64,000 nucleotides of DNA from positions 3,955,397 to 4,019,396 of the forward strand of contig NW_002060945.1 of the NCBI RefSeq assembly GCF_000150275.1, read 5' to 3'. This document shows positions 12,608-26,369 of the stretch, one piece after another (position 1 is the stretch's first letter; each line of letters begins with the position of its first letter). Source of the stretch: Trichoplax adhaerens (Eukaryota; Animalia; Placozoa). Below the pieces are notes generated by a model, which was given only the letters and a program-made list of their open reading frames with translations, ran no database searches and was not told where the DNA came from. The translations under genes were made by a program, and so were the position numbers.

Positions 12608-14653
12608 CTAGCGTTCAGAATAAGTACTATTTTTAAAATCAGGCAACTTTGGTAATGGTGTATTGGTAATTGTAGGATTTTGTATTGACGCTAAAATTGG
12701 TCGGCTTGGTTTTTCTTCAAATTTACTTTCACTATTGCTGACATCGGTTTCAGCTATTAAGCTATTCTGGCTTTCTGGAATAGTATTACGAGGCTCAATG
12801 CTTGTTTGCTCATTAACTTCTATTTGCACTCTAACAGTTGGTGAGCTTGATGTTTGATTATTTCTGTTTTGACCCTGTGCTATAGATTTAATAAATGCAA
12901 TCTTAGGTGAATGATCCTTTAATTCAACTTTATCGCTTGAAGAATCCGCTATTGATTGATGTTCGGTGTGGTCTTTAACGACACCATGTGCTACTGAAGT
13001 TCGTCTTTTATAGTATGGACTTCGTAGATAGTATACAAGGCCAGCTATAGCGATTAAAAATACTGCACTTACTGTTCCCACCGAAATTCCAGCCACTACC
13101 CCAATCGAAAGCCCTGTTGCTTTTAAATTGCTACATCTAATGCCAGTATAAGCGTCAGTACAATTACATGTGCGTGTATTATTTTGGTAAATACATTTTC
13201 CTCCATTTAGACAGAAATCATCATTGCATTCAATGCTACAACCGGGATTGGAGTATGGATTGCCTTGATAGCCAATCAAACATGTACATGTATATGAACC
13301 TAAAGTGTTTCGACATACAGCGTTAATTCCACATGATTCTGCTGCCAGACATTCATTGATATCGACACAGCTAGATCCAGTGAAACCAACTTTACATTGG
13401 CAATTGTAAGTACCCGGTAAATTAATACAGTTTTGATTACTATTACAGATGTTGTCTGTTGACCATGCACATTCATTGAAGTCGGTAACTGTGACATTTT
13501 GTATCGGTTGTCCTTGGATAGTAACTGAGCCAGTAGATATGATACTAGCAATTTGGTTTGGATTAATATTAGAATTTTGCTTAAATATCGGATAATATTC
13601 AGCAATGATACTACCAGCTTTGAATCCTGTAACCTCTACTCGTTCGAAACCATCTTTGGTTACCGAAGAAGATTCAAGGGCTAAAGTTAATACTGAAGTA
13701 ATCTGCTGCTTAAGTGTTTGAAATATAGCAGAATTTGAATTGTTCAAGTCTGATGTGAATGTACCACCAATTTTAAGACTTCCAAAAAAGACCTTGCCTT
13801 GTTGACGGTGAGAATCGCTTTGAAGTTGAATTTGCGGTAATGTATTGTTAGAATAGTATCCAAGTTTGCAGCTGCAATAATACTTATTCTCAAATATCAT
13901 ACAGGTTGCTCTATTAGTGCAGTTATTATTTCCGTCACAGGTAACGACAGCAGCGCAAGTAACACCGTTGCCATAATAACCTGGTTTACAGTGGCACGTA
14001 AATGATCCTGGAATATTAGTACAAAGAGCATTACTATGACAATTATATTGGTTACTTGAGCATTCATCGACGTCACTGCAATTAATTCGTGCATTTCCAA
14101 AATAACCAGCGTTACACTTGCATTGATATGATCCATTAGTGTTAATACACTGAGAATTATTAACGCACATATTGAGACTAGTAGCATTGCATTCATCGAT
14201 ATCCTGACAAGTAAATCCATCTCCTGAATAGCCACTATTACAACCACATGTATACGATCCAATGCTGTTACTACAAGCCGCATTAACTGAGCACCGGCGT
14301 AATCCAGATGTACAATTGTTTATCTCTTTAGTATTGCAATTAAACATTGTTGAACATTCATTGACATCCTGACATGTATATCCATTCCCTATAAAGCCTG
14401 GCTTGCACATACAAGAGTATGATCCATTGTTGTTCATACAACTAGCGTTAGAAGAACACATATTTGAACCTGTTAAACATTCATCGATATCGCTACAAAT
14501 TTTACCATTGCCAGTATAACCAATTTTGCATTGACAAGAATATAAACCAGGTGCGTTGGTACAGTTTGCATTTTGACTACAGGGATTATTTTCTAAACAT
14601 TCATTAATATCGTCACATGTCCAACCATCTGAACCAAATCGATAGCCGTTCAT
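12608..14653 (-). CDS. Uninterrupted 3' ORF of paralog B: cbEGF repeats, SEA (FKAGSII), 3 EGF, TM helix, ~135-aa cytoplasmic tail
   Basis: 681-aa ORF; TM IGVVAGISVGTVSAVFLIAIAGLVYYL. The Met is internal to an EGF domain, so it is not the true gene start. Confidence 0.6.
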   Translation of the reverse strand: MNGYRFGSDGWTCDDINECLENNPCSQNANCTNAPGLYSCQCKIGYTGNGKICSDIDECLTGSNMCSSNASCMNNNGSYSCMCKPGFIGNGYTCQDVNECSTMFNCNTKEINNCTSGLRRCSVNAACSNSIGSYTCGCNSGYSGDGFTCQDIDECNATSLNMCVNNSQCINTNGSYQCKCNAGYFGNARINCSDVDECSSNQYNCHSNALCTNIPGSFTCHCKPGYYGNGVTCAAVVTCDGNNNCTNRATCMIFENKYYCSCKLGYYSNNTLPQIQLQSDSHRQQGKVFFGSLKIGGTFTSDLNNSNSAIFQTLKQQITSVLTLALESSSVTKDGFERVEVTGFKAGSIIAEYYPIFKQNSNINPNQIASIISTGSVTIQGQPIQNVTVTDFNECAWSTDNICNSNQNCINLPGTYNCQCKVGFTGSSCVDINECLAAESCGINAVCRNTLGSYTCTCLIGYQGNPYSNPGCSIECNDDFCLNGGKCIYQNNTRTCNCTDAYTGIRCSNLKATGLSIGVVAGISVGTVSAVFLIAIAGLVYYLRSPYYKRRTSVAHGVVKDHTEHQSIADSSSDKVELKDHSPKIAFIKSIAQGQNRNNQTSSSPTVRVQIEVNEQTSIEPRNTIPESQNSLIAETDVSNSESKFEEKPSRPILASIQNPTITNTPLPKLPDFKNSTYSER

Positions 14654-17600
14654 ACAACTACATGTATAGCTACCATCGTTGTTTGTACATAGTAGATTAG
14701 ATGGACTAGGATTGGAGTTACACTCGTCGATATCTTCACTCTCAGTCTGGCTTCCATATGTTAGCGCTTAACCTTTCATACATGAACATATTTCAGATCC
14801 GTTTATATAGGTGCAAATTTGTGAACAATTATGTCCAATGCCACAAGATTCACTGACATTACATGTTAGTTTGCTATTATTTAGTTCAAAACCTTGTTCA
14901 CATTCACATGTAAACGATCCTTCTGTATTAATACAAACTTGGTAACATGGTCTAAATCGTTGGCATTCATTTATATCCACGCAAGTAAGTTTATCACTAC
15001 TTAACTCGTAACCTTGAATATATGAACATGTATAACTTCCGACGGTGTTATTACAAATCTGGCTACAATTATTAGACATATTTTGACACTCATCTACGTC
15101 ATAACAGTTTATGCTATCGCCTACATAGCCCGAATTACAAGCGCAGCTATAAGAACCAATTTGATTAGTACATGTAGCGACATTACTGCAGTTATTTGAT
15201 CCAGTAATACACTCATTAACATCAGTACATCCTCTATTATCACTATTCAGAGTATAGCCAGGTAAAGACTGACAACTGTAGCTCCCCTCTTCGTTAATAC
15301 AAGTTTGACTGTATGCATGTGTGCCATTTAAACATTCGTCATAATCAGAACATTTCAAGCCATCACCGACATAACCTATTGGGCAATTACTACATGTATA
15401 GCCAGACATCGGAGCGATATTGTCCGTACAAGTAGCATTACTGAAGCATGGTTGATCTGCACATGCATAAAATCTTGTGCACAATGACTACCAGTCCAAG
15501 CAGGATTGCATCTACATTTAACTTGATCAACATTATCAACAGTAACCATTTCGGCTGCGTAGTCGCATAGGTAGATATATTCCATGTAAATGTGTAAGTT
15601 TGTCTATCGAAACGAGAATTTATTGGAGGATTAATGATCTCGACTGTAACAATGTCGCCATTATTAAGATCTGTTATGTTCAATGTTGTAGTAAACATAT
15701 TTCCATAAGTGACATTATATGTCGTCAATCCAGAAATTTGAGGGGGGAAATTTTCTAATTGATTACTTGTATCTTGATATGTCTGAGATGTATCTTTACT
15801 AACGACAGCAGCATCAAGATTTAATGTTAATGCAGCATCAAATAAACATTCACTATTATTACCGCATTGTGCTACGGCTTGGTTATAGAGTTCCGTATTA
15901 TTAGCAAATAATGCTTGAATATTTTGACCAAAGATTGGCGTAAAGTTTAAATCTGAATAATTACTAGCCGATAGACCATTAGAATAGGTAAAAAGTGAAT
16001 CACTAGCATTAATCATCCATAATTGGCCAAAAATTGTAAAATATTTGGGATTCTGTTGAATTAATATTCAAGTATGATCCATGTGGTCGTTTGAAATCAT
16101 GATTGATATTATCATTCCAAGTACCTAAAAGACCAGATGTTATACCTTTAATTTCATCAGGTGCATTGAAAGCAATAGGTAGCATTTTAAATGATATTGT
16201 TCTATTGACTAAGATATCGATACCATTAAAAGTCGAATTAAGTGTAAATTGAACAATATCTGCACCAATTTCCATAGTAGCGAATTCAGAGAATACGGTA
16301 GCAGCCGCAGATAGTGAGCTATTTCGAATAGCTTTCATTGTACATCCTTGTAACTGAAAATTTTTATTTATAGTTTGCAATAGAACATATTCACCCAGTC
16401 CATTGAAGGTGTATAGTTTTCCATCAAATGTCCTTACATGGGGATCACCCCAGAACCAAGCCCTTTTTGGGGGACTGTATCTATTACATTTATTTTTTGA
16501 TAGGTCTTTTTCTTGTATAAGAAAGACACAACCCAGATCTTACACAGCAATCTGTTAGTGCCTGTCTACTTGTGGATTGCAAGGTAGTATTTTTTAAGAT
16601 GAACGAACTTCCGAGGGGATATCTAGTAATTAATGAACCGAAAGATTTTCCTGCTGAAAAGTAGCAGCATCGTTGATATACACACACGCCATTGGAATTC
16701 CTAGCAGAAAATCTCGATCTCGCACAAAACGTAGTAGTACTGAATCTAAATCGTCTATCACGAATAGCTTGATAAACAGAATAAGGACAAGGTCTTCGAG
16801 ATAGTAAACTCAAATACATACTTGGTGATGGTTCATTGGCGATCCAAATTTGGCAACGTTAAACGTAATTAATGCGTGGAATTGAGGGATCGTCAACTCT
16901 GTATGCCCATCGTCCTTTTCTACCATAATTTCCGGTTATGCTATCGATGCGTAGTATCTTAATAGTATTCGAACTAGGCAGCTCATAAGTGTAGCTAGGT
17001 ACTTTATAACTATAACCAACTCGAGGCCGAACGAACCTATCCTTTTCCACCAATTCATACCTTTGTCGGCATATATGAATGATGATATAAGTTGTCACCA
17101 TTAGATGACAAGATCAACTGAAAAGTATTAGTAACGCCATATTTTGCTGTGACAGAGGATGGATATGGTACTAGTTTATGCCAGGTTATTATTGTTACTA
17201 ACTTCGTATCAAATTTAGTAACAGTTTCATTAAACAAGCCGTAGCTAGTATCACTTGGATTTCTAGATAGATACTTTTGGTACCGAGCAACATCCATACT
17301 AGCATTCGCTAAAATTTCTCTTGTTAAGCTAGTAGGATTTAATGAAGTGTACTGGTTGATGTAAACCTGAGAATTTGGAAAAAATGGACCGTCTGCATCA
17401 GCGAAGAATGGAGCAATAAAAGGGGCATTTCGTGATCTGTATAATGATCGATTTGGCGACCCGTAATAGGGATTACTAAATGATACAAATCCATTAATTG
17501 AAATCTGTGATATGATGTTGTGGAGTAATAATACAAAAATTACCGTAAGAAAATAAATTTGAAAAGAAAAGTAAACCGAAAATTGCCACCTTGTAATATG

Positions 17601-20600
17601 TTATGCTGTAAATTTTCTGGTAAATAATTAATAAACTAATACCAGCGCTACGTAAAATTCACTTACATATAGTTTACGCTGAAATTTATTCATGAAAAAT
17701 ATTGGTGTTCTCGGGTAGATTACGAAAGGTCTGCCATCTACTCTACCGAATGATTGATCGTTTTGTGATGGTCCGTATGGGTAAAGTCTTAACTCTAAGA
17801 TGGGATTAATGCCGCTATTAATCTGATATCAATTTGCATTTCAAAGCTTAAAAAAATCTTATAGGGTTTGAGGTGATAATATACAAAATATTTCAAAATA
17901 ATTCAAATCTTAAATTTTTTTATCGTAAATAGAAATTGCAATCGTTATGGCATAGACACGCGTCAAAATCAGAATGTACTGAGATAATGGTGTACTATAC
18001 CTTTGCAAGTTAATCCGTCTCCTATATACCCAGGATTGCAGTAACAGCTATAAGAACCTATGGAATTATGACACATAGCATTCTGATCGCAGCTGTGCAT
18101 GGCCAGATCACATTCATTTTGATCTTGATGTTTTACAGAATAATATTATGATTAATACGGTGCCGTTATTGATTATGCAATTAGTGATCTATCCATTCAC
18201 TAATTACTGGTCGTGCACAGAAATTTTTAGTAAAAGCCTGACTATTACATCACGTATTGTACGAAGTATTAATTATTTATATACGTGTTTCGTCTTAAAA
18301 GAGTGGCATTTGAACCCTGGTTTGCATTGACAGATAAACGAAACATTCCTATTATGGCAAACTGCATTTTCATGACATGTGTGATTTCCAGCCACGCACT
18401 CATTGACATCTTCAATAAAATGCATGAAAAATTACTAATATTCTGTGGAGTATAGGCTTGAGTTGTAGCATAGAATATCTAATTTTGGCTAAAGACTTAT
18501 ATTCAACCCCTTCGATTTCAAATGCTATGAGAATTTTTTATTTTTCGTCGTACCTTGGCATGTAAATCCATCCCCAATATATCCTTTTCTACATCGGCAA
18601 ATATACGAACTGCTTGTATCAATGCATACAGCGTTCTCATCGCAACCATGAATTTCAGCTTTACACTCATCAACAGCTGAAATAAGATAAATAAGTTATA
18701 CCTGTCATCAATTTAAATGTCACTACGTCGGATTACTATCTACACAGATCCTAAGCATTGATATGCCATTTTCCTGAATGTAGAATTAAACTACGTGGCA
18801 CTGTATTTGCTTTGAAAAGGCTACAGATGTCAGAACTGGCATGATAAGAAGTTCATACAGTTTCCATAACTATGGTACGAGAGATACAAGGTAATCTCCT
18901 TATCAGGTGGATTACGTAATATCAAAATACTTTAAATCTGATCTACATCTATAACTCACGCTTAATCATATTATGTTAGTACTACCAGTAAAGTTCCTGT
19001 TCAAATGAACGGGTATATGCTATATTCTACGCAAAGAAAGATATTGAAAGGAAATTTACAGCCAGATTATTTCTTACTACTGTGTATATGCTTTCTCTAG
19101 TTTATGACGTGCTTTTTTGGTATTTTGCTATAATACCAAGATATTGCCTACTGTAACTATGGTATACTGTAGAGTTAGTATTGCTTATCCTTGTTGCTTC
19201 ATTCCTCTGAATACATAAAAATTGTAACTTACTAGTTTTTCCCTATAATAAAATCAAGATACGGCGAAATTGGGGCAAGCATTAGTGCTATTGATAACAT
19301 GCTAGGTGGAATAAAAACGGACTCTAAATTAGCGCTCGATAACAATTAGCAATAACAGAATTTCTTCATAAATGAAATCTGCATATATTTACTGGGCTTG
19401 TTAGCGGAATACCACTGTAACTTTAGTACTTGTATGATATCGATAATAGTAAGAAATTTTACTAGCATACCTGTATTACAGCCAATACTAACATCTTCAT
19501 TGTGGATACAGTAAGTTTGTCTCAAATAGGAATGAGGACATTGTGCTATATCTTGTTCATAGCCAACACATTTGATATCAGCTAACCAATCATGCCATTT
19601 CCGGAGCCATAAAATGCGTTCTTTCTAATAAAGATTGCTCCACTTGGAAAACCTAATTGTTTACATATCACATCAGCAGAAGTAATGGTAAATCCTCGTT
19701 GGCAAACAGTTCCCCAGATGCTATCATATTTGATTTTTAAGACGTCCTATGGAAAGATCACCACCAACTAGTCTGGCTTCCACATTACGGGCTTTATTGA
19801 GAAAATCGTGGTAGATTAGTTAGCTATTAGGGCGCAAAGGTCTGAATATGTATATGTGATTTACGATTATAGCAAGATACGCCAACGTCTTCCAAATGTG
19901 AACAATCATGGAAACTCCACCTATTATGATCACAGTTTGCCAAAGCTGATTCATTTCCACTACATGCGACGTTATCAAGCCAGATTGGTCCAGTTCCTTT
20001 TCCATAAGAGTGCATATAATAATTCGCACGTACGAATCCAATTGTTGACAAACTACTTTGGCATCGGCATTTTGAAATTGGTCATCACAGACAGTACCCC
20101 AAACATTGTTATGATAAATTTCGACGCATCCTGTTGAGAAAGTGAAAGTATTGCCGGTGGCAGGTGTACCAGCAAGACGAATGTCGCCCTCCTTCGGTAC
20201 GATATTTGCTGTAAAGACCAATTAAAAGCAAAATTAGATATCTTGCCGTGAAATATAATAATACTACCGACAATACTTAATAATTATATTCCGAGGTAGT
20301 TTGATATTGAAGCGGTAAATTAAAAAAATTCAGATTATTATTATCGTAGTATTATGGTTTACTTCAAAGCTAATTTACATTTAAAATGGTTATCGATTGG
20401 TTCGTAATGCCTATAACAAGATCATCTGCTTTAGACTTTGTTTCAACGTCCTTAGCTGGTTATCAGATTATAGAGATACATGGATGAGCAAATCTACTTC
20501 ATAATTTTAAAGCGATGTAACTGTAAAACTGATTATTTATTAGCTAGTAGATTTTAGATTGGAGCACTTATAATATCGTCAGCTGAAACTATTACAAACC

Positions 20601-23600
20601 GGTAGTCTTCGTAACTATACTTTATTGTAAAACAATACAGTATCTTTTTATCTTATCGATGCACTGTATCGATAGCTAATTGACCCGGTTATAAGCAACA
20701 GTACTAATCTAATATTAATCAGCATCGTTAATGGATTTTAGGGTTACTGAAATATGCGATAATTCATAAAGCTCAACAAAATTTTGTATGCTTGGTTATT
20801 GTGTTAGATATAAGTAATGCGGCAAAATATTACACTTACCGCATCGATCAAATTTTACCGAAATATCGTATATCGCTTGTAGATTGAAAGAGACGAGTTC
20901 CGATAAAAAGAAGCTAGAAATTATGTGAAATATGTAATGTAGCTCAAATATTAAATATTCGAATCGTAAATGTTTACATTCTCTAAGATTTATTAGTCTT
21001 TGAAAAATGTAACAGTTCTAGTTAATACTCTCAAAAGGTTACCAAGGAGTGCAGAAAATCGGGGAATTGTGATACTATACCCTGTGAAGCCCAGGCGAGA
21101 AGTTAATGTTAACATGGTACCATCGCTGCCCGCTGTTGCCAGAAAGTGTATAAACTCTATTTGAATAGCCAAATAGGGATAGATCGCCAATTCCCTCCCC
21201 ATATCTGTTGTAACAAAATGTAAGGCAGAATATGTTAAATGCATAGATAGATGGCATCGTCAATTTTATTTGTAGCATTTATGTAATTTTGTCAGCAAGC
21301 TCACAAATTTACTGTGTGGTATAGTAATAGTTACGCTATAGATATTTCAGTCACGGTGACGTTTAATCATATATACTGCAGTAAAGCATTCGACGAAATT
21401 TTCAAAACAATTATATACGTTTTACTTTATGCTGTTTAGATTTGATGATAAAGTAGTACAAACCTGCTGGAGTGCCTAAAGTATGATCATTATTTGGACC
21501 AGTATTGGAAGTTGGTGTTTTTCCTTTATTTCTAGTCCAACGGACCGTGTTGCTAGTGCCATTTGCTGGATTTTGCCACTTGCAATTGCTCATTTCGAAA
21601 TTACAACTTAAAGCAGTTGTATTCACTACGGTACAAAAGGTGTAATTAGCGTAAAGTATTCTTCACATTGATTATGAGCAATAACTCTAAAAACATTTGT
21701 CGTATTCTGACATGTGTTACTTAGTGTATAAGATATTCTAAGTGTATCACATCAGCTAAGCTGGTAAATTTAAATAAAAATGAAAAGATGAAAATGCTTT
21801 TGTTATGCTAATTTTCTCTACCTGAGTTTGCAACAGCTTCGTTATGTCGTCGTTTGCATCATAAATATTAAACCTTTATGAAAATGAAATTATTTATTTT
21901 GCAAAGAAGGATATATGGCTTCTAAATTGTTGCCAAATACTGCTGAATCAAATATTTAACATTTTTCACAATAATTATCAATTAGAGTAAGAGATATTAA
22001 CAGCTTACAGTCTTGGCAGTATCTGCCGGCAATAATTGGAGGGCAGCTACATTGAATTGCATTGGTTGCCTGGTTAGCTGTGCAGACGCCATTAGTAAGA
22101 CAGGTAGTAGATGTGCAGTATTCTCCTATGGCAATAAAGACAGGATAAAATGTGAAGCGATTGATGTAATTATTTATTTATGATTGATTAATATTCTACA
22201 ATCTCTAGCTAAAGCGTTAAATTTGTAGTGATAACAAATTTAGTACGGTAATAGACATCGATTTTTGAAGTATTAGATATGACATCTTAGTATACACTGT
22301 ATAGTTACCATACATTTACTTCAGGGATTACTTTTATTTACTGATACTTTATGCTGTCATTTTAATTGTAGCATAACAACTTTTAATTGCATCTTAATTA
22401 ATGCATTGGACTTTCAAAGTCTACCTTCTGCTTGAGTAACTATTGATCTAGTATAATCACTACGAGTATTTACGAGTCAATAGTAATCGCATGTACTCGT
22501 AATCGAGTATTTAAATTCATAAGTACGTATATTACAGCGTTTTCCAGTATATGTTGGAGCGCAATCATATTTGTAAGTGCTATTTTGAATGGTACAGTTG
22601 CTACCGAAGCAAGGATTTTTATAGCAAGGATCACCCTCTAAAAATAAATAGATGATCAAGAGGGATAAATTAAAGCTGCAAGATTAATATAGTTTTAATG
22701 ATCCACCTTAAAGAGATTTATTAGCATTTTACTCTGTAAAATATTAGGTTGTATTGTAAAAGCATGTTTCTTTCATAAACTACCGTATTACTTAAATTCG
22801 TTACTTATTGTAGTATTTCCAGCTGATTTAGGTACGGCATCATTAAGAAGTAATCTTGTGTCACGTTAGAGATTCGCTCAATTTTAATAACTCAGACTTT
22901 GAGTTAGACGTTTGCGAGCCTAAGGGGTTATAAAACCTAAACACTACACTTATATAGGTATAGTAAAGCCCATAATTACGGTTGCTTAACATAAAAATGA
23001 GAATTTGATATTTGTATGGCCGAAAAGCATTCTATATTACTTGATAAATATCGTAAAACAATAGTATTTTATCATTTCAAAATACTGTTATCACAGATTA
23101 TGGAAATATCTTCGTCATGATTGCAGCTAGTTTTTCCCGAATAGGAATGAGGACATGTAGCAACATTACTTTCATCGCCTCTGCAGGAAACATGAGAGAG
23201 CCAGACTTTACCTCTCTCCAGGCCATAGTAATTTCCATTAAGAAAGTTTACTGCGGCGTTCATAAATCCTAACTGTTTACAGATAACATCGGCGGATTCT
23301 ATGGTAAAGCCTTTTTGGCAGATTGTACCCCAAGTGTTATTATAATGAACTTCAATACGCCCAAACGAATACTCATCCCCGTCAGCTATTCGAACCGAAA
23401 CGCTGGTTGCTAGACGTGGTCAGAGAATTGCAAAATCAGTAAACTTAGCAATAGGGACTTGTTTCATTGTACCATCTAAAATAAATATAGCAGAATTGGA
23501 AGATTTTATCATTTAATCACACACCATCATGGCATGTTACACTCATTATGTTCTCTATCGCGACCCTAATTCCTAAACATTACCAGTCTATCATACATAA

Positions 23601-23739
23601 CATCCTCCTTCCTCAGAAACAAAACATATTTATTTTTTATATCAATAAATTGTATTCACTGCACCTAAGCTTAACATTCAAAGGTCTTGTCTGACTGAAT
23701 ACATTCCGTGCCAGCCTATTAATTAATTATTAAATTACT

Positions 23740-24894
23740 CTAATACATAGTCCTCGAGTTCCTTGGTAACTTTATATTACGACCCGATCTCGTGCTCGGT
23801 CTTCTGGTTACTGATGCTGACGTTTCTTGTCCTTTGTTGTCAGTTATATTCTGACTTTGCTCCGTTTCCCTTTCCGAAAAACTATCTATTAGTTCCTCTG
23901 TGACCGCGTAGTCATGATTTGGTACTTTCCTAATATGCTTTCGGTTACGTCTATAAATAACACCATCTAGCGATTGCAGTATATACGATCGAGGTGAATT
24001 ATGTAACTTTAGTATCCTAGCACGTATCCATGCGCCTTTAAGCCGCATGACTACTTAGTCTCCTTCTTTCAGAAGCGACAAATCTCTGCCACTGCGACGA
24101 TCGTAGTATCTTTTAGATAGCTCCTGTCTTTTCTTAAGCATCAATGGGATGTTTAAATTATGTGCTATAGGAAGTAATACTTTTGCAGTAGCCGGTAGGA
24201 AAGCTTTTAATCTTCTTCCCAGAAACATTTGAGCTGGAGATCGTCCTATATCTAGAGGAGTATTTCTATAGTCTAGTATTGCTCGATGTGGATCTTTGTT
24301 TTTTCGTAGGATGTTCTTTACAGTCTGCACTGTTCTTTCCGCTTGTCCGTTACCTTGCGGGTAAATTGGGGCTACTTGAAGTATGTTTGAATCCATACTG
24401 TTCCATAAAGCGTCTAAAGTTCTCTGAATTAAATTGCGGCTCATTATCACTGACGATCTCGTCCGGTATTCCATATCTAGAAAACAAACCCTTCAAGCAT
24501 GTTATCGTCGCTTCGCTATTTAGGCTTTCGAGTCGTAGGAATTCCGGCCATTTAGAATAATAGTCGATGACTAATAAAAATGTCTTCCTTGAAACTCAAA
24601 TAAATCTACTCCTAATTTAGACCATGGTCTCTCGGGCATTTGAGGCATTATCATTGGCTCTCTGGCCGGCATCTTTTGATATTGAGCACATATATGACAC
24701 GACTTCACCAAGTTTTCCATGTCTAGTGACATCCCTCTCCAAAACAGTATATCTCTTGACATACTTTTGCACTTAACTATACCCTGATGTGAATGATGAA
24801 TAATTTCCAACATGCGCTTTTGTAACGCTCTTACTGTTTGTAAATCATTTGCATCCCAATTCATTCTCGGGCAATTTCCCATAACCCCTTCCAT
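23740..24894 (-). pseudogene. Gag N-terminus fused to degenerate integrase (zinc-binding, rve core, C-terminal domain)
   Basis: MEGVMGNCPRMNWDANDLQT joined to IHHSHQG...CHIC; PWSKLGVDLF, IVSDN, YPQGNGQAERTVQTVK, YRNTP, PRSY...YRRNRKH. Confidence 0.88.
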
Positions 24895-24902
24895 ATTCTT
24901 TT

Positions 24903-24915
24903 ACTTCTGACACCA
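24903..24915 (-). promoter_or_regulatory. Primer-binding site (complementary to a tRNA-Leu 3' end)
   Basis: TGGTGTCAGAAGT immediately follows the 5' LTR; tRNA assignment is from recall of tRNA-Leu 3' ends (...ACTTCTGACACCA). Confidence 0.8.
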
Positions 24916-26369
24916 CGTTATGTTCTCTATCGCGACCCTAGGTCAATCATGCGATACTCGGTTAGACACAGCAAAGTAGCCTGATGCGTGGAGTCCACTT
25001 CTTTATTCTGGTTTGCGTTTCCCACAAGTGATATATATATATATTACATACGTAATTAGTAAATTACTAGTGAACGTATTGATACAGTTACGATATTAGT
25101 ATCATACGGTTATCTTATCAGCTAGGCAGCTATGCAATTTATCAGCCCTAATTCCTAGACATTACCAATCTATCATACATAACAACACTAATATCCTCGG
25201 AATGAGCGCAGTTATGATTCCCCCAGCCATTATTGGTACAATTCATTAGGGAAGGCTCAGTGCCGAGGCAACTAATATCACCTAACCAAATTTGTCCGGT
25301 TCCTGCTCCGTAGATATTACCAAAAGTAATTACTCCTAGGAAACCTAATTGTTTGCAGACGACTTCTGCATTGGTATAAGTAGATCCATCATCGCATACA
25401 GTTCCAAACATCGCTGTGGTAGATTTCAACTCTTCCTGAAAAGTAATTCGAACCACCAACTAAGCGAATTGTACCTTCTCTGGCAGTTGCGATACGAAAT
25501 TAATATCAGCATATCAATAACAGGCGATCTTTCTGACCTAGGTAGCGTTAGTGTGATCACTCATCTTCAATTTAAGTTTGAATTTAATAAACACATCGGG
25601 CATGCATACTACGTTACAATACTTTAGCAATGCAATAAAACTATTAAAAACAGCATAACAATTATAATGTAATTCATTACATGGAGCATAAATTTAAATT
25701 TTATTCGGTATGATGCGCAAAATACGGTACGATAGTCAATAATACTAAATTGTTGGATTATCATTCAATGTACGGATAACTGTAGAGAAAATCTTAAGTT
25801 TTAGAGATGATTTTGAACAAATGTATTGACTGGTATGGGAAGCACTGATACCTCGAAATTTCAGGTTATACGAAGAAAATTTAAGCGGTATGCTCCAGCA
25901 TGTCTATTAATTTACTTATATTATAATTTTGTGGGTATTGTTCTTTAATACCTTCAGGTTGGAATTCAGAAGTTGCTGCTAGATTCAATTATTTGACAAT
26001 ATAAAAATTAAGAAATCGAAAGTCATTAATTCATACTTCCAAATAGACCCTAGTGAACACTAATTTCACATACTCTGATCTCAAATGCAGTGGCATATCG
26101 CTTTTACAGTAAGAAGAATATAATTATACTATACAAAATGCGGTATACAAAAACAGATAGTCTGAGTTTATGATACCATCAATGATTAACTCTCCTATGT
26201 CCTTCTCTGATAATATAACAACTTACAATAGGGTTCTAGTGAGCTTGATATATCATCAATTTGTAATGTCACCCGTAAAACTGGTTCCAGCAACTCCTAC
26301 AAACCTTATCTAATGCAATTAATATGTGATATTAAACGAGCACTGCTATTCTTATGATTCAGTACCATA

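Larger units (their letters stand above)
23544..25184 (-). mobile_element. Internally deleted Ty3/gypsy (K02A2.6/Mag-like) LTR retrotransposon, 1641 bp
   Basis: 5' LTR 24916-25184 and 3' LTR 23544-23602 both start TGTTATGTATGATAGA; PBS TGGTGTCAGAAGT 24903-24915; PPT GGAAGGAGGA 23603-23612; 5-bp TSD ACACT at 23539-23543 and 25185-25189; integrase HHCC and D-D-E motifs with stops and a frameshift. Confidence 0.93.
12608..25490 (-). pseudogene. Paralog B: SRCR2-EGF2-MAM-SRCR2-EGF3-NIDO-AMOP-VWD-cbEGF-SEA-EGF3-TM, multiply disabled
   Basis: Exons: SRCR ~25185-25490 (split by LTR element) and ~23085-23409; EGF ~22528-22637, ~22009-22125; MAM ~21463-21626, ~21081-21336, ~20840-20910; SRCR ~19865-20208, ~19471-19790; EGF 18554-18676, ~18285-18409, 18001-18123; NIDO exon 17667-17794; terminal exon 12608-17504. 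The terminal exon is colinear with ORF 32613-38051 but broken into at least 8 ORFs by stops and frameshifts. Confidence 0.88.
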
